This document shows positions 53,875 to 63,121 of a stretch of 64,000 bases of DNA, one piece after another. The notes below the pieces were generated by a model that saw only the letters and a program-made list of their open reading frames with translations, did no database searches and had not been told where the DNA came from. This stretch comes from a virus. Location of the stretch: positions 9,611 to 73,610 of IMG/VR virus record IMGVR_UViG_3300010392_005355. One strand, written 5' to 3'. How positions within the stretch are numbered: the first letter of the stretch is position 1; every line of letters starts with the position of its first letter. A program made the translations under genes and the position numbers.

Positions 53875-55044
53875 ATGACCAAGGAAACGAAAATGGCGGG
53901 CGGGTCTGATACGGCCGAGCTGATGGCGGCATTTGCGGCCTATACAGAGGCCAATGATGCGCGCCTTGCAGAGATGGAACAGAAGGGCGAAAGCGATCCG
54001 CTGACGGATGAGCGCCTGGCGCGAATTGATCGCCGCCTTGAGGCGCTGAGCCTGAAGATGGCGAGGCCGGAGGCGGGGAATGTGAAGAGTGCGGACGAAG
54101 ACGCCCGTAGTGACGCCTGGACGCGTTACCTGCGCAGCGGCGATGATAGCGGGCTAGCCCGGCTGGACGTGAAAGCGCTGAATACGGGTACGGACGAGCA
54201 GGGCGGCTATATTGCGCCGCCGGAGCTGGACCGGCTGATCGAGTCCCGCCTGATGGCGGCGAGCCCGATGCGCCAGATTGCGACCGTGCGACAAACCTCT
54301 GCCGGGGTGTATCGCAAGCCGGTGGGCCTTGGCGCGGCGGCAAGCTGGGTGGGCGAACAGGCGGCGCGGACGGAGACGGCTCATTCCGGTCTCTCTCTGC
54401 TGGAATTCCCGGCGGGGGAACTCTACGCCATGCCGGCGGCGACGCAGACCCTGCTGGAAGACAGCTATGCCGACATTGATGCCTGGCTGGCCGATGAGGT
54501 GGAGGCCGCCTTTGCGGCGCAGGAATCGGCGGCCTTTGTCAGCGGCGATGGCAGCGGCAAACCGCGCGGCTTTCTGGATTATGATATCGTGGCCGAGACG
54601 AGCCATGTGTGGGGCAAGATCGGCTCTGTGGCCGGGGATTTCGGCGCGGCAAATGCGGCCGACCAGCTGATCGACCTGATCTACACGCCAAAGGCGCAGT
54701 TTCGCACCAATGGCCGCTTTGTGATGAACCGTCGGACTGTGGCATCTGTCCGCAAGCTGAAGGATGGCGACGGGCGCTATCTGTGGCAACCCGGCACGGG
54801 CGGCGAGGCGGCGACGATTCTCGGCTATCCGGTGACGGAAGTGGAGGACATGCCGGACATTGGCACGGGCAATGCGGCCATTGCCTTCGGGGATTTCCGT
54901 CGCTTCTATCTGATCGCCGACCGGCAGGGCGCCCGCGTGCTGCGCGACCCATACTCCGCCAAGCCGTACGTGCTGTTCTACACGACGAAGCGCGTTGGCG
55001 GCGGCGTACAGAATTTCGACGCGGCGAAAGTGATGGTGTTTTAG
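53875..55044 (+). CDS. GTA major capsid protein
   Basis: AGGAG RBS; ELYAMPAATQTLLED…RDPYSAKPYVLFYTTKRVGGGV. Confidence 0.96.
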   Translation: MTKETKMAGGSDTAELMAAFAAYTEANDARLAEMEQKGESDPLTDERLARIDRRLEALSLKMARPEAGNVKSADEDARSDAWTRYLRSGDDSGLARLDVKALNTGTDEQGGYIAPPELDRLIESRLMAASPMRQIATVRQTSAGVYRKPVGLGAAASWVGEQAARTETAHSGLSLLEFPAGELYAMPAATQTLLEDSYADIDAWLADEVEAAFAAQESAAFVSGDGSGKPRGFLDYDIVAETSHVWGKIGSVAGDFGAANAADQLIDLIYTPKAQFRTNGRFVMNRRTVASVRKLKDGDGRYLWQPGTGGEAATILGYPVTEVEDMPDIGTGNAAIAFGDFRRFYLIADRQGARVLRDPYSAKPYVLFYTTKRVGGGVQNFDAAKVMVF

Positions 55045-55163
55045 CTTTTTAATTTGCGCGGGGGGCGGTTCCTCACTGCGTTCGGGCGCTCAACACTTAC
55101 GCGGACCCCGGCCTTCGCCGGGGTGAGCGGAGCTGATTTTTTCAAAACAAGAAAGGAAACACG

Positions 55164-55367
55164 ATGTTTGAATCCATTATCACGACCCTTATCAAACAGG
55201 TCGCAATGCTGACCGGCCCGCAGCAGGAGGACTTCACCACGAAAGTGGCCGAGGCGATCTCCACGCTGATCAATTCGACCGAAACCGAGATCGATAATGA
55301 GCTTGTCCGCTCCATCGGCCTGCCGCTGGGCGGCGCGGTGATCGAAAAGCTGAAAGTGCTGGTCTAA
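55164..55367 (+). CDS. 67-aa hypothetical protein inserted after GTA MCP
   Basis: AAAGGA RBS; C-ending codon bias unlike flanking GTA genes. Confidence 0.7.
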   Translation: MFESIITTLIKQVAMLTGPQQEDFTTKVAEAISTLINSTETEIDNELVRSIGLPLGGAVIEKLKVLV

Positions 55368-55373
55368 GCCTAA

Positions 55374-55443
55374 TTGTCATCCCGGACGCTGCGTAGCCAG
55401 GCACAGGTCCCGGATAAATCCTGCAGATTTTCCGGGATGACAA
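55374..55443. repeat. GTCATCCCGG…CCGGGATGAC palindromic element
   Basis: TTGTCATCCCGGA/TCCGGGATGACAA terminal inverted repeat. Confidence 0.7.
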
Positions 55444-55464
55444 AATCTCTAAGGAAAATGGGAA

Positions 55465-56013
55465 ATGAGCAATCTGACGGTGATCACGCCGCCAGCCGGG
55501 GAGGCTTTGTCTCTGCAGGCGGCGAAAGAGTATCTCCGCATCGGGCATGAGGGGGAAGACGCGCTGGTGGCGGGGCTGATCGCGGCGGCGCGGGCGCGGC
55601 TGGAGGCGGAGACGGGGCTGGCCCTGGTGACGCGGACGGTAAAGCGCAGCTTTGACCGCTGGCCGGTGGGGCTGATTCGCACTGGCGCGCGCCTGTTGCC
55701 GGGGCCAGCGACGGCGCTGGTCTCCGTTGAGGTGGCAGATGCTGAGGGGGCGGCGCAGCTGCATACGGCACGGTTTCAATTGGTAGGCGGACGGCTGCGG
55801 CTGAAGCCTTTTGTGACGCGGCCCTCCATTCCGCCGGGCGGGCGGGCCGATGTGACCTTCGTGACCGGCTATGGCGCAGCGACGGATGTGCCGGAGGACC
55901 TGGTGCAGGCGCTGAAGCGGCTGGTGCTGGCGGCCTATCGCCGTGAGGCGGGCGAGGCCCTGCCGCAGGAGGTGAGCGCCATATTGGCCGCGCGCCGGGA
56001 GCGTCGGATATGA
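55465..56013 (+). CDS. GTA head-tail adaptor (gp6-like)
   Basis: PPAGEALSLQAAKEYLRI…GYG…VPEDLVQA. Confidence 0.9.
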   Translation: MSNLTVITPPAGEALSLQAAKEYLRIGHEGEDALVAGLIAAARARLEAETGLALVTRTVKRSFDRWPVGLIRTGARLLPGPATALVSVEVADAEGAAQLHTARFQLVGGRLRLKPFVTRPSIPPGGRADVTFVTGYGAATDVPEDLVQALKRLVLAAYRREAGEALPQEVSAILAARRERRI

Positions 56014-56420
56014 GTGCGGAAGAAGCGGTGCAGACGGCGCTGATGGAAATGCTGCGCGCGAATGCCGGTGTGCAGGCCGTGTTCGGATCACCTGCGCGCG
56101 TGTTTGATGCCGAAAGCAAGGCGCCACTGTTTCCGCATGCCCTGCTGGAGCGGCATGAGGTGACGCCGGAAGATGCGGCGCTGGTGAAGGGCGCGGCGCA
56201 CCGGATTTCGCTGGCGGTTTATTCCCGTGAGGGCGGCGTGCGGGCTGCGAAGGCGGCGGTGGCGGCGCTGCGCCGCGCGGTGGAGGGCGCAAGCTGGAGC
56301 GTGCCCGGCGTGCATATCGTGCTGGCGCATGTCGTCTATGGCGATGTGATGCGCACGGCAGACAAGCGCGCGTTCCGGGGGCTGATCCGGATCAGGATTA
56401 TTTCAGAGGAGGTGGTGTGA
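56010..56420 (+). CDS. GTA tail terminator (DUF3168)
   Basis: Synteny; ARVFDA…RAFRGLIRIR. Confidence 0.82.
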   Translation: MSAEEAVQTALMEMLRANAGVQAVFGSPARVFDAESKAPLFPHALLERHEVTPEDAALVKGAAHRISLAVYSREGGVRAAKAAVAALRRAVEGASWSVPGVHIVLAHVVYGDVMRTADKRAFRGLIRIRIISEEVV

Positions 56421-56830
56421 TGGCTGGCCAGAGGGGCAGGGACATTCTGCTGAAGATTTCAGACGGTGCGGGCGGGGTTACGACGCTGGCTGGCGTGCGG
56501 GCGAGCCGCATTCAGCTGTCGGCCGGAAGTGTCGACGGGACGAGCGCGGACAGCGCAGAAGCCTGGCGGGAGCTGGTGGCCGGAGCGGGTGTGAAATCTG
56601 CCCGCGTGACCGGGCGCGGCGTGTTCAAGGATGCCGCAAGCGATGCGCGGATGCGGGCCGTGTTCTTTGCGGGCGAAGCGCCGGACTGGCAGCTGATCCT
56701 GCCGGATTTCGGCGTGCTGGAAGGCGCATTCCAGATCACCGAACTGAGCTGGAGCGGCGAGCATGATGGCGAGGCGGAATTCTCTGTCACGCTGGAAAGC
56801 GCCGGGCGCCTGAGCTTTGGAGTGCTGTAG
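56420..56830 (+). CDS. GTA major tail tube protein
   Basis: MAGQRGRDILLKI…WRELVAGAGV…PDFGVLEGAF. Confidence 0.93.
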   Translation: MAGQRGRDILLKISDGAGGVTTLAGVRASRIQLSAGSVDGTSADSAEAWRELVAGAGVKSARVTGRGVFKDAASDARMRAVFFAGEAPDWQLILPDFGVLEGAFQITELSWSGEHDGEAEFSVTLESAGRLSFGVL

Positions 56831-56831
56831 G

Positions 56832-57125
56832 ATGAATGCGGCGCGGGGAGAGACAGTGCTGGTAATTGGCGGGCGGGCGCGGCGGCTGTGCCTGACACTG
56901 GGCGCACTGGCAGAGATTGAGGCGGCTTTCGGCTGTGTGCGGATGAGTGAACTGGAGGCGCGGATGCGGGCGCTGTCTGCGGCAGACCTTGTGGTGGTGC
57001 TGGCGGCGTTGCTGCGCGGGGGCGGCGAGGCCCAGATGGCAGATGCGCTGCGCGAGAGCGATGTGACGCCGGGCGCGGCGGCGCGCGCCGTGGCGGAGGC
57101 GTTCCGGCTGGGGTTGGCAGGGTGA
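56832..57125 (+). CDS. GTA tail assembly chaperone 1
   Basis: MNAARGE…LCLTLGALAEIE. Confidence 0.88.
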   Translation: MNAARGETVLVIGGRARRLCLTLGALAEIEAAFGCVRMSELEARMRALSAADLVVVLAALLRGGGEAQMADALRESDVTPGAAARAVAEAFRLGLAG

Positions 57126-57370
57126 TGCGGGATGGCTTGCTGCCCTGGGGCGCGATGATGCGGGCGGCGCTGTCTGCCGGGATTGGGCCGGAGGCGTTCT
57201 GGCGGCTGTCTCTGAAGGAGTGGCGCTGGCTGGCGCGGGGAGGTGATGCAATGGGGCGTGGACGGATGGTTGATTTGATGGGGGCGTTTCCGGATGGGGT
57301 GGGGCGTGCAACTCCTGCCGCTTCATCCTTCGGCTTCGCTCAGGATGAGTCGGGAAGAGAGGAGGGGTAA
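57122..57370 (+). CDS. GTA tail assembly chaperone 2
   Basis: PEAFWRLSLKEW…LMGAFPD. Confidence 0.85.
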   Translation: MMRDGLLPWGAMMRAALSAGIGPEAFWRLSLKEWRWLARGGDAMGRGRMVDLMGAFPDGVGRATPAASSFGFAQDESGREEG

Positions 57371-57751
57371 ATGGCAGACTTCGAAAAGTATCTCGCCTCA
57401 GCGGGGGATGCGCTGCAGGCCCTGGCGGAGGGGCCGGGGGTGCAGGCAGCCGAAGCGCTGGAGGCGGCGTTCGGGCGGGCCGGGCAGAGCATTGAGACAG
57501 CGCTGGGACAGGCTGCGCGCTCTGGCGAGCTGAACTTTGAGCGCATGGCCGAGAGCATTCTGCGAGACCTGGCGCGCGTGGCGACAGAGAGCGTGGCGGC
57601 GATGGCCGGGCTGAACCAGGGCGCTGGGCAGGCGGTGACGCTGAACATGAATTATGCGCCGGGGGCGGAGGAGTCTGCCGGGCGCGAGAGCCAGGGCGCG
57701 ATGAGCGCTTTGCTGGCGCGGATTGTGGCGGGGGGAGGCCGGTTCCTGTGA
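57371..57751 (+). CDS. GTA tape measure protein (very short)
   Basis: AFGRAGQSIE…AARSGELNF; synteny. Confidence 0.8.
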   Translation: MADFEKYLASAGDALQALAEGPGVQAAEALEAAFGRAGQSIETALGQAARSGELNFERMAESILRDLARVATESVAAMAGLNQGAGQAVTLNMNYAPGAEESAGRESQGAMSALLARIVAGGGRFL

Positions 57752-58365
57752 GTTTGGCGAATTTTCATGAAGTGAGCTTTCCCGTGCCGCTGGCGCTGGC
57801 CGCGACGGGCGGGCCGGAGCGGCGCACGGACGTGGTGACGCTGGCGAGCGGCGGCGAAGCGCGCAATTCGGTGTGGGCCGGATCGCGCAGGCGCTGGGAT
57901 GTGGGCAGCGCGGCGTTGAAGCTGGACGCGGTGCAGGCGCTGACCGAATTCTTCGAGGCGCGGCGGGGGCGATTGCATGGCTTTCGCTTTCGGGATGCGA
58001 TGGATGACCGGTCCTGCGCTGTGGGCGAGGTGCCCTCTGAAGGCGATCAGCGGATTGGTGAAGGCGATGGGGCGACTACGGAGTTTCAGCTGGTGAAAGC
58101 TTATGGCGATTATATGCGGCGTATCGACAAGCCGGTGGCGGGCACAATTCTGGTGGGGGTGAATGGCGTGGCAGTGCCCTTCAGTGTGGATGTGACGCGG
58201 GGCCTTGTGACGCTGGAGAGTGCGCCGCCAAATGGCGCGGTGGTGACGGCGGGGTTCCGATTTGACTGCGCAGTGCGGTTCGATACCGACCGGCTGGACA
58301 TCACGCTGGAAGGCTTTGGTGCGGGCAAGGCGCTGCGTGTGCCACTGATGGAACTGACGGGGTAG
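57748..58365 (+). CDS. GTA distal tail protein (DUF2460)
   Basis: FHEVSFP…GGPERRT…FFEARRGRLHGFRFRD…VRFDTD. Confidence 0.93.
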   Translation: MSLANFHEVSFPVPLALAATGGPERRTDVVTLASGGEARNSVWAGSRRRWDVGSAALKLDAVQALTEFFEARRGRLHGFRFRDAMDDRSCAVGEVPSEGDQRIGEGDGATTEFQLVKAYGDYMRRIDKPVAGTILVGVNGVAVPFSVDVTRGLVTLESAPPNGAVVTAGFRFDCAVRFDTDRLDITLEGFGAGKALRVPLMELTG

Positions 58366-58368
58366 GGT

Positions 58369-59016
58369 ATGCGGATCATTGAAGCAGAGTTTGCCGCGCG
58401 GCTGGCGAGCGGTGCGGCGACGACGTGCCTTTGCTGGCGGCTGCGCCGAGCGGACGGATTTGAGCTGGCGGTGACGGAGCATGACCGGGCGCTGGAGGTG
58501 GACGGTGTGCCCTATCAGCCGGGCGCGGCGGTGGAGGCGGCGAGTTTTTCCCATTCGGCGGATCTGCGCCCTGGCCATGCGGCGGCGGGCGGGGCGTTGG
58601 CGCATGAGGCGATCACGGAGGCAGATCTTGCGAGCGGCCTGTGGGATGGCGCGCGGGTGGATGTGATCCGTTCTGACTGGGAGCGGCCCGATCTGTTCGT
58701 GCACGTCTGGAGCGGTCGACTGAGTGAGGTTTCGCGCGGGGCGGCGGGCTTTGAGGCGGAACTGGTCAGCCGGAAGGCGGAGCTGGAGCGACCTCTGGGG
58801 CGCGTCTATGCGCGGGCCTGCGACGCAGTACTGGGCGATGCGCGCTGCGGCGTGGAAACCGCAGCGTTTCCGGGGCAGACGTGTGATCAGCAATTTGCGA
58901 CCTGCACAGCCGTGTTTGGCAATCCGGAGAATTTTCGCGGCTTCCCGCATCTGCCGGGGGCGGACTTTGTGCTACTGGGGCCCGCCGCCAGCGGCAATGA
59001 TGGGGGCAAACGATGA
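58369..59016 (+). CDS. GTA baseplate hub (DUF2163)
   Basis: TTCLCWRLRRADG…CDAVLGDARC…NFRGFPHLPG. Confidence 0.9.
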   Translation: MRIIEAEFAARLASGAATTCLCWRLRRADGFELAVTEHDRALEVDGVPYQPGAAVEAASFSHSADLRPGHAAAGGALAHEAITEADLASGLWDGARVDVIRSDWERPDLFVHVWSGRLSEVSRGAAGFEAELVSRKAELERPLGRVYARACDAVLGDARCGVETAAFPGQTCDQQFATCTAVFGNPENFRGFPHLPGADFVLLGPAASGNDGGKR

Positions 59017-59444
59017 GACGGGCAGAGATTGTACATGCGGCGCGGGGCTGGATTGGCACGCCCTACCGGCATCAGGCGAGCTTGAAGGGTGCGGGCTGTG
59101 ACTGCCTGGGCCTGGTGCGCGGGGTGTGGCGGGAAATGGTCGGGCCGGAGCCGGAGCGGGCACCGCCCTATTCGCCGGACTGGGCGGAAGTGACCGGGGA
59201 GGAGACGCTGCTGGCGGCGGCGCGGCGGCATCTGGACGAGGTGATGTTGGGCGCGGCGCAGGCAGGCGATGTGCTGGTGTTCCGTATGGCAACGGGTGTG
59301 CCGGCAAAGCATTGCGGTGTGCTGACGGGCGAGGGCACGCTGGTGCATGCCTATTGGGGGCGGGCCGTGGTGGAGACGCGGCTGGTGCCATGGTGGCAGA
59401 GGCGGGCGGTGGCGGCCTTCACCTTTCCGGGCGTGGAGGACTAA
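59013..59444 (+). CDS. GTA NlpC/P60 peptidase
   Basis: WIGTPYRHQ…GCDCLGLVRGVW…AKHCG. Confidence 0.93.
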   Translation: MRRAEIVHAARGWIGTPYRHQASLKGAGCDCLGLVRGVWREMVGPEPERAPPYSPDWAEVTGEETLLAAARRHLDEVMLGAAQAGDVLVFRMATGVPAKHCGVLTGEGTLVHAYWGRAVVETRLVPWWQRRAVAAFTFPGVED

Positions 59445-59447
59445 GGC

Positions 59448-62400
59448 ATGGCGCAGATTGTATTTTCGACAGCAGGCCGGGTGATTGGTCAGCAGGCGCT
59501 GCCACAGGGGCTGAACCTGCTGGGGCGGCAAGTGTCTGGCGGGTCTCTCGGGCGGGCGCTGGGCAATCTGGCCGGGCAGGCGGTGAGCGATTATTTCGCC
59601 CCTGCGCAGGAAGGCCCGCGTATCAAGACGCTGCCCGTGATGGAGGCGCGCGAGGGCGCGGGTATTCCCTCTGTCTACGGCCGGATGCGGATAGGCGCGC
59701 AAGTGATCTGGGCGGCGCGCTTTCGTGAGACGAAGACGACCCGCCGGGCGAGCAGCAAGGGCGGATCAAGGATGACGGAGTATGACTACTCGGTCAGCTT
59801 TGCGGTGGCGCTGGGCGAGGGGCCGGTGCTGGCGGTGCGGCGGGCCTGGGCGAATGGTGAGCCGTTTGACCTGTCCGGTGTGGTGCACCGCCTCTATGCC
59901 GGAGACGAGACGCAGACGCCGGACCCGCTGATCGAGGTGATCGAGGGTGCGGGCAAAGCCCCGGCCTATCGCGGCACGGCCTATATCGTGTTCGAGGACT
60001 TGCCGTTGGAGGCGTTCGGCAACCGCCTGCCGCAGCTGTCTTTCGAGGTAGAGCGCGTGCCGCCCGGCGGGGACGAGGCGGGGCTTGCCGAAACGGTGAC
60101 GGGGGTGAACATGATCCCCGCATCCGGCGAGTTCGTCTATGCGACTGAGATTGTGCGAGAGCGGACTTTGCCAGGTCAGGAGCGGGCGCTGAATGCCTGG
60201 TCTGGCGAGGCGCGGGCGGATTTTCTGGTGGCGCTGGACCAGATGGAAGCGGCCCTGCCGCGGGCGAAGCATGTGGCGCTGACGGTCGGATGGTTCGGCA
60301 CGAATGTGATGGCGGGGGCGTGCGAGATCCACCCCGGTGTGGAGACAAAGGAGCGGCTGACGCGGCCCTATGCGTGGGAGGTGGCGGGCATATCCCGCGG
60401 CGATGCATATCTGATCTCCCGCGATGAGGACGGCAATGCCAATTATGGCGGCACACCAGCGGACCGGGCCGTGGTCAGCGCGATCCGAGAAATGGTGGCG
60501 CGGGGCATGAAAGTGACGGTGTCGCCCTTCCTGTTCATGGATACGCCGGGCTTTCCTTGGCGCGGGCGGATTGGGGTGAGTGCAGATGGCACGGCGGCGG
60601 CGCGCAGCGAGATAAATGCTTTCGTGAACGGAGCAAATGGCTTTCGCCGGTTTATTCTGCATCATGCACAGCTGGCGGCGGAGGCGGGCGGCGTTGAGGC
60701 GTTTCTGATTGGCAGCGAGATGTGCGGGCTGACGCGGGTGCGCGATGAGACGGGGGCGTTTCCGTTTGTCGAGGCGCTGGTCTCGCTGGCGGCAGAGGTG
60801 AAGGCGCTGTTGCCTGGCGTGAAAGTGTCTTATGCGGCGGACTGGACCGAGTATGGCGCCTATGTGCCGGGGGATGGTAGCGGCGATGTGCTGTTCCCGC
60901 TGGATACGCTGTGGGCGAGCGGCAATGTCGATTTTGTCGGCGTGGACTGGTATCCACCGATGGGGGATTGGCGCGACGGGGAGGCCCATCTGGACGCGCT
61001 GGCAGGCTATGGCGCGGCGGATGATCCGGATTATCTGGCGATGCAGATTACGGGCGGCGAGGCGTATGACTGGTACTATGCCAGTCCAGCAGACCGGGAC
61101 ACGCAGATCCGTACACCCATTACCGATGGGGCCTATGGGGAGCCTTGGATCTATCGGCAGAAGGATATTGCAGGCTGGGCGGGACACTCCCACCATGAGC
61201 GGCTGGGCGGTGTGCGGCAGGCCGTGCCGACGGGCTGGGTGCCGGGGGCAAAGCCGGTGCGCCTGTCCGAGATCGGCTTTGCAGCGGTCGACAAGGGCGG
61301 CAATGCGCCGAACGTGTTTTACGACCCGAAAAGCAGCGAAAGCGCGCTGCCGCCCTATTCGAGCGGGGCGCGGGACGAGGTGTTCCAGCGCCGGGCGCTG
61401 GCGGCGGTGCTGCCCTATTGGGAGGCGAGCCCACTGGTTGAGGCGGCGCATGTCTGGGCGTGGGACGGGCGGCCGTTTCCGGCCTGGCCACTGCGCGATG
61501 ATGTGTGGGGCGACGGAGACAATTGGGCGCGCGGGCACTGGCTGAACGGACGCAGCGGCCTGACCACGCTGGCGGCGGTGGTGGCAGACATCTGCGCACG
61601 CGGCGGCGTGGAGGGGGTCAGCACAAGTGGCCTCTCCGGTATTCTGGAAGGCTATACGCTGGAGGGGGTGCATTCGGTGCGGGCGGCGCTGGAGGCGCTG
61701 CGATCCGCTTACGGATTTGAATGCATGGAGCGGGATGGGCGGCTGGTGTTCCGAATGGCGGGCGATGGCCCTGTCGTGGAGGTGGAGACCGCCGCGCTGG
61801 TGGAGGGCGGTTTGCAGCGGACACGCAAGCTGCTGGACAAGGCGCCCGCGCGGCTGCGCCTGACGCATGTGGACCTTGAGGCGGACTATCAGCCCGGCAT
61901 GGCGGAGGCGCGGCTGGCGGGCGGCGATCCGCGTCTGGTGCAGGATGTGGAGCTGCCGCTGGCGCTGGGCCGGACGCGGGCCGGGGCGATTGCGCAGGCC
62001 TTGCTGGAGGCGGCATCAAGCCGGGAGAGCGCAAGTTGCGGCCTGCCGCTGTCCGGTCTGGCGTTGGAGCCGGGGGATGGCGTGCGTGTGGATGGCGGCC
62101 CGGTCTGGCGGATTACCGAGATCAGCGACCGGGGCATGGTGCGCACGCTGACCTGCCGGGAGGATGTCTCTGGCGCGACGCCTGTGCGGGCGGGAGAGAT
62201 CGGCACGCTGCCGCCGCCCGCGCCTGTCTTTGGCAATGTGGACCTGGTCGTGATGGACGCGCCTGGTATTCCGCAGGCGGACGGGATGGGGCCTCTGGTG
62301 GCCGCGTGGGCGGACCCGTGGCCGGGCGAAGTGGTTGTGAAGGCAGGGCTGGAGGCCGGCGCGATGACGGAGCGGGCGCGGCTGACACGGCCCTCTGTGA

Positions 62401-63077
62401 TCGGGCGGCTGACGGCGCCGTGCGAGGCCGGGCCAGTCGGGCGATGGGACCGGGCAAATGCGCTGGAACTGGTCTGCCCCGGCGGGGAGTTTGCGAGCCT
62501 GCCGGAACTACAGGTGCTGGGCGGCGGCAATGCCGCGCTGCTGGAGACCGGTCAGGGCTGGGAACTGATCCAGTTTGAGAAGGCTGCGCTGGTGGGAGAG
62601 GACATTTGGCAGCTGTCCGGCCTGTTGAGAGGGCAGCGCGGCAGTGTGCCGGGCGCGGCAGAGGCCGGGGCGCGTCTGGTGCTGCTGGACAGCGCTGTGG
62701 TGCAGGCGAGCGTTGGGCCTGAGGAAATCGGGCTGGACCTGATCTGGCAGGCGGCGGGCGATGATGAGGCCGAGACGCTGTTCTTTGAGGACTATGCCGG
62801 GAGGCCTTGGCCGGTGGCGCATCTGAAAGCCAATGGCGACGAGCTCAGCTGGACGCGGCGCGGGGCCGATCTGCCGGAAAGCTGGGCCTTGCCTGAAGGG
62901 GCAAATAGCGGAAATTTCGCGGTGCAGGCCGATACGGGAAGCGGATTTTCCGGCGGAATCACTGTCTCTGAAGCTCACGCGGCCGTGCCATCTGGCGCTG
63001 TGGCGGTGCGGGTTGCGGCGATTGGCGCAGATGGCCGATATGGCCCATGGGTTTCAATACGGCCCGGGACTTCCTAA
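59448..63077 (+). CDS. GTA megatron (TIM-barrel baseplate protein)
   Basis: PAYRGTAY…FGNRLPQLSFEV…SYAADWTEY…WDGRPFPAWP…GHWLNGR. Confidence 0.94.
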   Translation: MAQIVFSTAGRVIGQQALPQGLNLLGRQVSGGSLGRALGNLAGQAVSDYFAPAQEGPRIKTLPVMEAREGAGIPSVYGRMRIGAQVIWAARFRETKTTRRASSKGGSRMTEYDYSVSFAVALGEGPVLAVRRAWANGEPFDLSGVVHRLYAGDETQTPDPLIEVIEGAGKAPAYRGTAYIVFEDLPLEAFGNRLPQLSFEVERVPPGGDEAGLAETVTGVNMIPASGEFVYATEIVRERTLPGQERALNAWSGEARADFLVALDQMEAALPRAKHVALTVGWFGTNVMAGACEIHPGVETKERLTRPYAWEVAGISRGDAYLISRDEDGNANYGGTPADRAVVSAIREMVARGMKVTVSPFLFMDTPGFPWRGRIGVSADGTAAARSEINAFVNGANGFRRFILHHAQLAAEAGGVEAFLIGSEMCGLTRVRDETGAFPFVEALVSLAAEVKALLPGVKVSYAADWTEYGAYVPGDGSGDVLFPLDTLWASGNVDFVGVDWYPPMGDWRDGEAHLDALAGYGAADDPDYLAMQITGGEAYDWYYASPADRDTQIRTPITDGAYGEPWIYRQKDIAGWAGHSHHERLGGVRQAVPTGWVPGAKPVRLSEIGFAAVDKGGNAPNVFYDPKSSESALPPYSSGARDEVFQRRALAAVLPYWEASPLVEAAHVWAWDGRPFPAWPLRDDVWGDGDNWARGHWLNGRSGLTTLAAVVADICARGGVEGVSTSGLSGILEGYTLEGVHSVRAALEALRSAYGFECMERDGRLVFRMAGDGPVVEVETAALVEGGLQRTRKLLDKAPARLRLTHVDLEADYQPGMAEARLAGGDPRLVQDVELPLALGRTRAGAIAQALLEAASSRESASCGLPLSGLALEPGDGVRVDGGPVWRITEISDRGMVRTLTCREDVSGATPVRAGEIGTLPPPAPVFGNVDLVVMDAPGIPQADGMGPLVAAWADPWPGEVVVKAGLEAGAMTERARLTRPSVIGRLTAPCEAGPVGRWDRANALELVCPGGEFASLPELQVLGGGNAALLETGQGWELIQFEKAALVGEDIWQLSGLLRGQRGSVPGAAEAGARLVLLDSAVVQASVGPEEIGLDLIWQAAGDDEAETLFFEDYAGRPWPVAHLKANGDELSWTRRGADLPESWALPEGANSGNFAVQADTGSGFSGGITVSEAHAAVPSGAVAVRVAAIGADGRYGPWVSIRPGTS

Positions 63078-63121
63078 TTGAGGGCTGATAGAAGATTCTT
63101 TAACAGAAGGAATAACCGACT

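Larger units (their letters stand above)
48015..63077 (+). mobile_element. RcGTA-like gene transfer agent head-tail cluster
   Basis: Order terL-portal-protease-MCP-gp6-DUF3168-tube-TAC-TMP-DUF2460-DUF2163-NlpC-megatron; no integrase, replication or lysis genes; G-rich, Ala/Gly-rich coding. Confidence 0.93.

Noticed and set aside
59766-61868. 700-aa minus-strand ORF and other long antisense ORFs across the GTA
   Set aside because: Shadows of G-rich GTA genes, Arg/Pro/His-rich with no recognisable domains
48015-63077. Second prophage
   Set aside because: No integrase, repressor, replication or lysis genes; gene order and composition match RcGTA-like elements
63095-63120. CtrA box upstream of dnaJ (and TTAAC before the GTA MCP)
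   Set aside because: Only half-sites; spacing does not fit TTAA-N7-TTAA
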